The notes beneath the pieces are model-generated. The model was not told where the DNA came from and did no database searches. It saw only the letters and a program-made list of their open reading frames with translations. Of a stretch of DNA of 64,000 bases, positions 61,766 to 64,000 are shown piece by piece. This DNA is from Dictyostelium discoideum (lineage: Eukaryota). The stretch is taken from the NCBI GenBank assembly GCA_000004695.1, contig CM000151.3, positions 6,912,001 through 6,976,000 of the forward strand, written 5' to 3'. The translations under genes were made by a program, and so were the position numbers. Within the stretch, counting starts at the first letter, position 1. Each line of letters opens with the position of its first letter.

Positions 61766-62410
61766 ATAATTACACCAAGAACATCATTCCAACAACAACA
61801 ACAAAATGCTTCATTAGCAAATTCAACTACAACAGCACCAAGTGTACAGAAATTTAAAATTAATACATCAACAATTCCAACAAATAATGGATTAGTTTCA
61901 CCAAGACCTCCATTACCAACAACATCTTCTTCTTCATCATCATCATCATCATCAAGTAGTGCAACCATAAATAATGGGCTAGTTTCACCAAGACCTCCAT
62001 TACCAACATCATCATCAAATAGTTCTACTACAAACAATGGATTAACTTCACCAAGAATTATTACAACACCAAGAATTAATGGAAGTAATCCAAATGTACC
62101 AAAAAATATATCACCTTCTAAATCAAATAATGCCACTACATCCTCATCAACAACAACAACCACCTCATCACCACCACCATTACAAAGAACAAACTCTGTA
62201 AAAGATAGAATTAATCAAGTTGAAAGTATTGTAAAAAGTATATCAGAATCTACTAATAAATTACCACCAAAACCAATTCAAAGATCAGATTCTCAAATAT
62301 CATTCAAATCAACAATAAACACATCCTCAAATCCAATTCCAAAACCAACATTCGTACCTGAACCAATTACTCCAAAATGCGCGCCATCTCCAAAGGCTTT
62401 TATAAGATAA
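55980..62410 (+). CDS. Giant protein of about 2104 aa in 2 exons. It has two tandem PAK-type CRIB/PBD motifs followed by 5-6 gelsolin-like repeats and a roughly 1000-aa low-complexity, Pro-rich tail.
   Basis: Exon 1 is 55980-56423 with donor GTAAGT. The intron 56424-56539 contains T20 and A56 runs. Exon 2 is 56540-62410. CRIB 1 spans the splice: ISSPFGFAHITHVNFDSSNQELT|GLPRDWGKTL. CRIB 2 is IGSPTLIRRDIHITWNHVSGQFEGVPDEWQSML. Compare PAK: [29 protein letters not shown]. Gelsolin-like segments include FRLWQISGTELFKT..VFVLDCGKVIYVWIGQGSS, TCFILDCETDIYVWHGKYS, DMFIFHSFAAKTIFVWHGKGCS and DSFILDCFYKIFVWFGPDCS. The tail has LVSPRPPLPT twice and poly-N, poly-S and poly-T runs. Confidence 0.85.
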
Positions 62411-62757
62411 ATAGATAAATAATGATCATTTCATTTATTTTTTTTTTTCTTTTTTTTTTTTTCTTTTTTTTCTTGGGTGGAAAAAAAAAATATAAAAAAT
62501 AATAACAATAATAATAATAATTGGTTGTATAATAAAATTTATTTATTTTTTTTTCTTTTTTTTTATAATTAAAGTTTGATACATTTTCTTTTTATTTATT
62601 TTATTTATTTATTTCCAGTTTTATCTATTACAGTCAATACAATAATCTACTTCATGAGAATGGCTATAACTGCATTCATTGCAATCACAATGATTATCAC
62701 TAATAATATTAGTACAAAATATATATATATAATATTAAATGTAGAATAAATTTAAAC

Positions 62758-63419
<662 letters not shown>

Positions 63420-63552
63420 TTTGAATTATGTGTTGAGTCTTTGTTTATTTATGTAATATTGTATTGAATTTTTTTTTTTTTTATTTTTTTTAATTCCTAA
63501 AAAAAAAAAAAAAAATTTTGGCGGGTTGGTAATAAGAATGTGTTTCCCGTCC

Positions 63553-63589
<37 letters not shown>

Positions 63590-64000
63590 CTTTATATATA
63601 TATAAATTTTAAATATAATCTAAAAATAATATTTTATTTCAATCAGATTTTACTAAATATTTTAATTTTACAAAAAAAAAAAAAAAATATAAATTTAAAA
63701 TCTGGAAAACACATAATTCATTGTGGGCTGAATTTAAAAAAAAAAAAAAAAAAAAAAATAAAATTAAAATAAAAAAAAAAAATAAAAAAAAATAAAAAAT
63801 TGAAAAACGAAAAAATAAAATTTTTTTTTTTTTTTTTTTTATTATTGCATTATTATATTATTTATTTACTTTTTTTTAAAATTCTACAATTTGTGAATAT
63901 TAAAAAATATAATAGTTTTTTTTTTTTTTTTTTAGGAAAATAATTAACTATCCAAGAAATACACACATATATAAATAATAAATAATGATTATAATAACAA

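Overview
The window is eukaryotic nuclear DNA of the Dictyostelium discoideum type. It is about 78% A+T, with long homopolymer and (AAT)n tracts, poly-Asn/Gln coding runs, GTAAGT/GTATGT..AG introns of 75-310 nt, and tRNA-targeted TRE retroelements. CRISPR, rRNA and bacterial-style terminators are therefore not expected, and none were seen. I reconstructed about 20 protein genes by hand, joining the six-frame ORFs across GT..AG introns while keeping reading phase. Several junctions are backed by family-conserved motifs that span the splice, but all coordinates are hand-derived and could be off by a base or two. The genes, in order:
- a partial ricin-B-like secreted protein (1-323, minus strand)
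- a MORN-repeat protein
- a signal-peptide plus KDEL ER protein (2 exons)
- an RNI-like LRR protein of about 1064 aa (2 exons)
- an ankyrin-repeat protein
- a saposin/countin-like secreted protein (2 exons)
- a three-LIM-domain protein
- a 3-exon protein of unknown family
- an MFS transporter (4 exons)
- an Asn-rich secreted protein
- a short OSBP-family protein (EQISHHPP motif, 2 exons)
- a Cdc7/Cdc15-type kinase with an ARM-repeat tail, 1167 aa in 4 exons, probably sepA
- a CDC50/LEM3 flippase beta-subunit (4 exons)
- a GH25 lysozyme with a long Ser/Gly-rich repeat tail (4 exons)
- ribosomal protein L7
- a 2-exon gene of unknown function
- a USP7/HAUSP orthologue with MATH and USP domains (6 exons, about 1306 aa)
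- a giant protein with two PAK-type CRIB/PBD motifs followed by 5-6 gelsolin repeats (about 2104 aa, 2 exons)
- a small Cys-rich protein whose intron holds an (AAT)~42 microsatellite
A tRNA-Leu(UAA) gene on the minus strand carries a downstream external-B-box-like element. A 5'-truncated TRE-type non-LTR retrotransposon abuts it on the 3' side, and a decayed TRE-type element sits about 35 bp upstream. The most unusual structure is at 9.3-14.3 kb. It is a same-strand tandem array of four roughly 1.0-1.35 kb units. The units carry a family of tiny two-exon ORFs of 42-52 aa (Gly/Ser/Thr/Pro-rich, basic N-termini, hydrophobic ends GLFLA / GIFLA / GFKP / GFRP / FSY). Four copies look intact and five are decayed, with lesions including ATG-TAA, GT to AT at a donor, a frameshift, and a missing start. 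This looks like a birth-and-death small-peptide gene cluster that I cannot place in any family I know. A 56-bp inverted relic of the saposin-like gene lies about 0.8 kb upstream of that gene.
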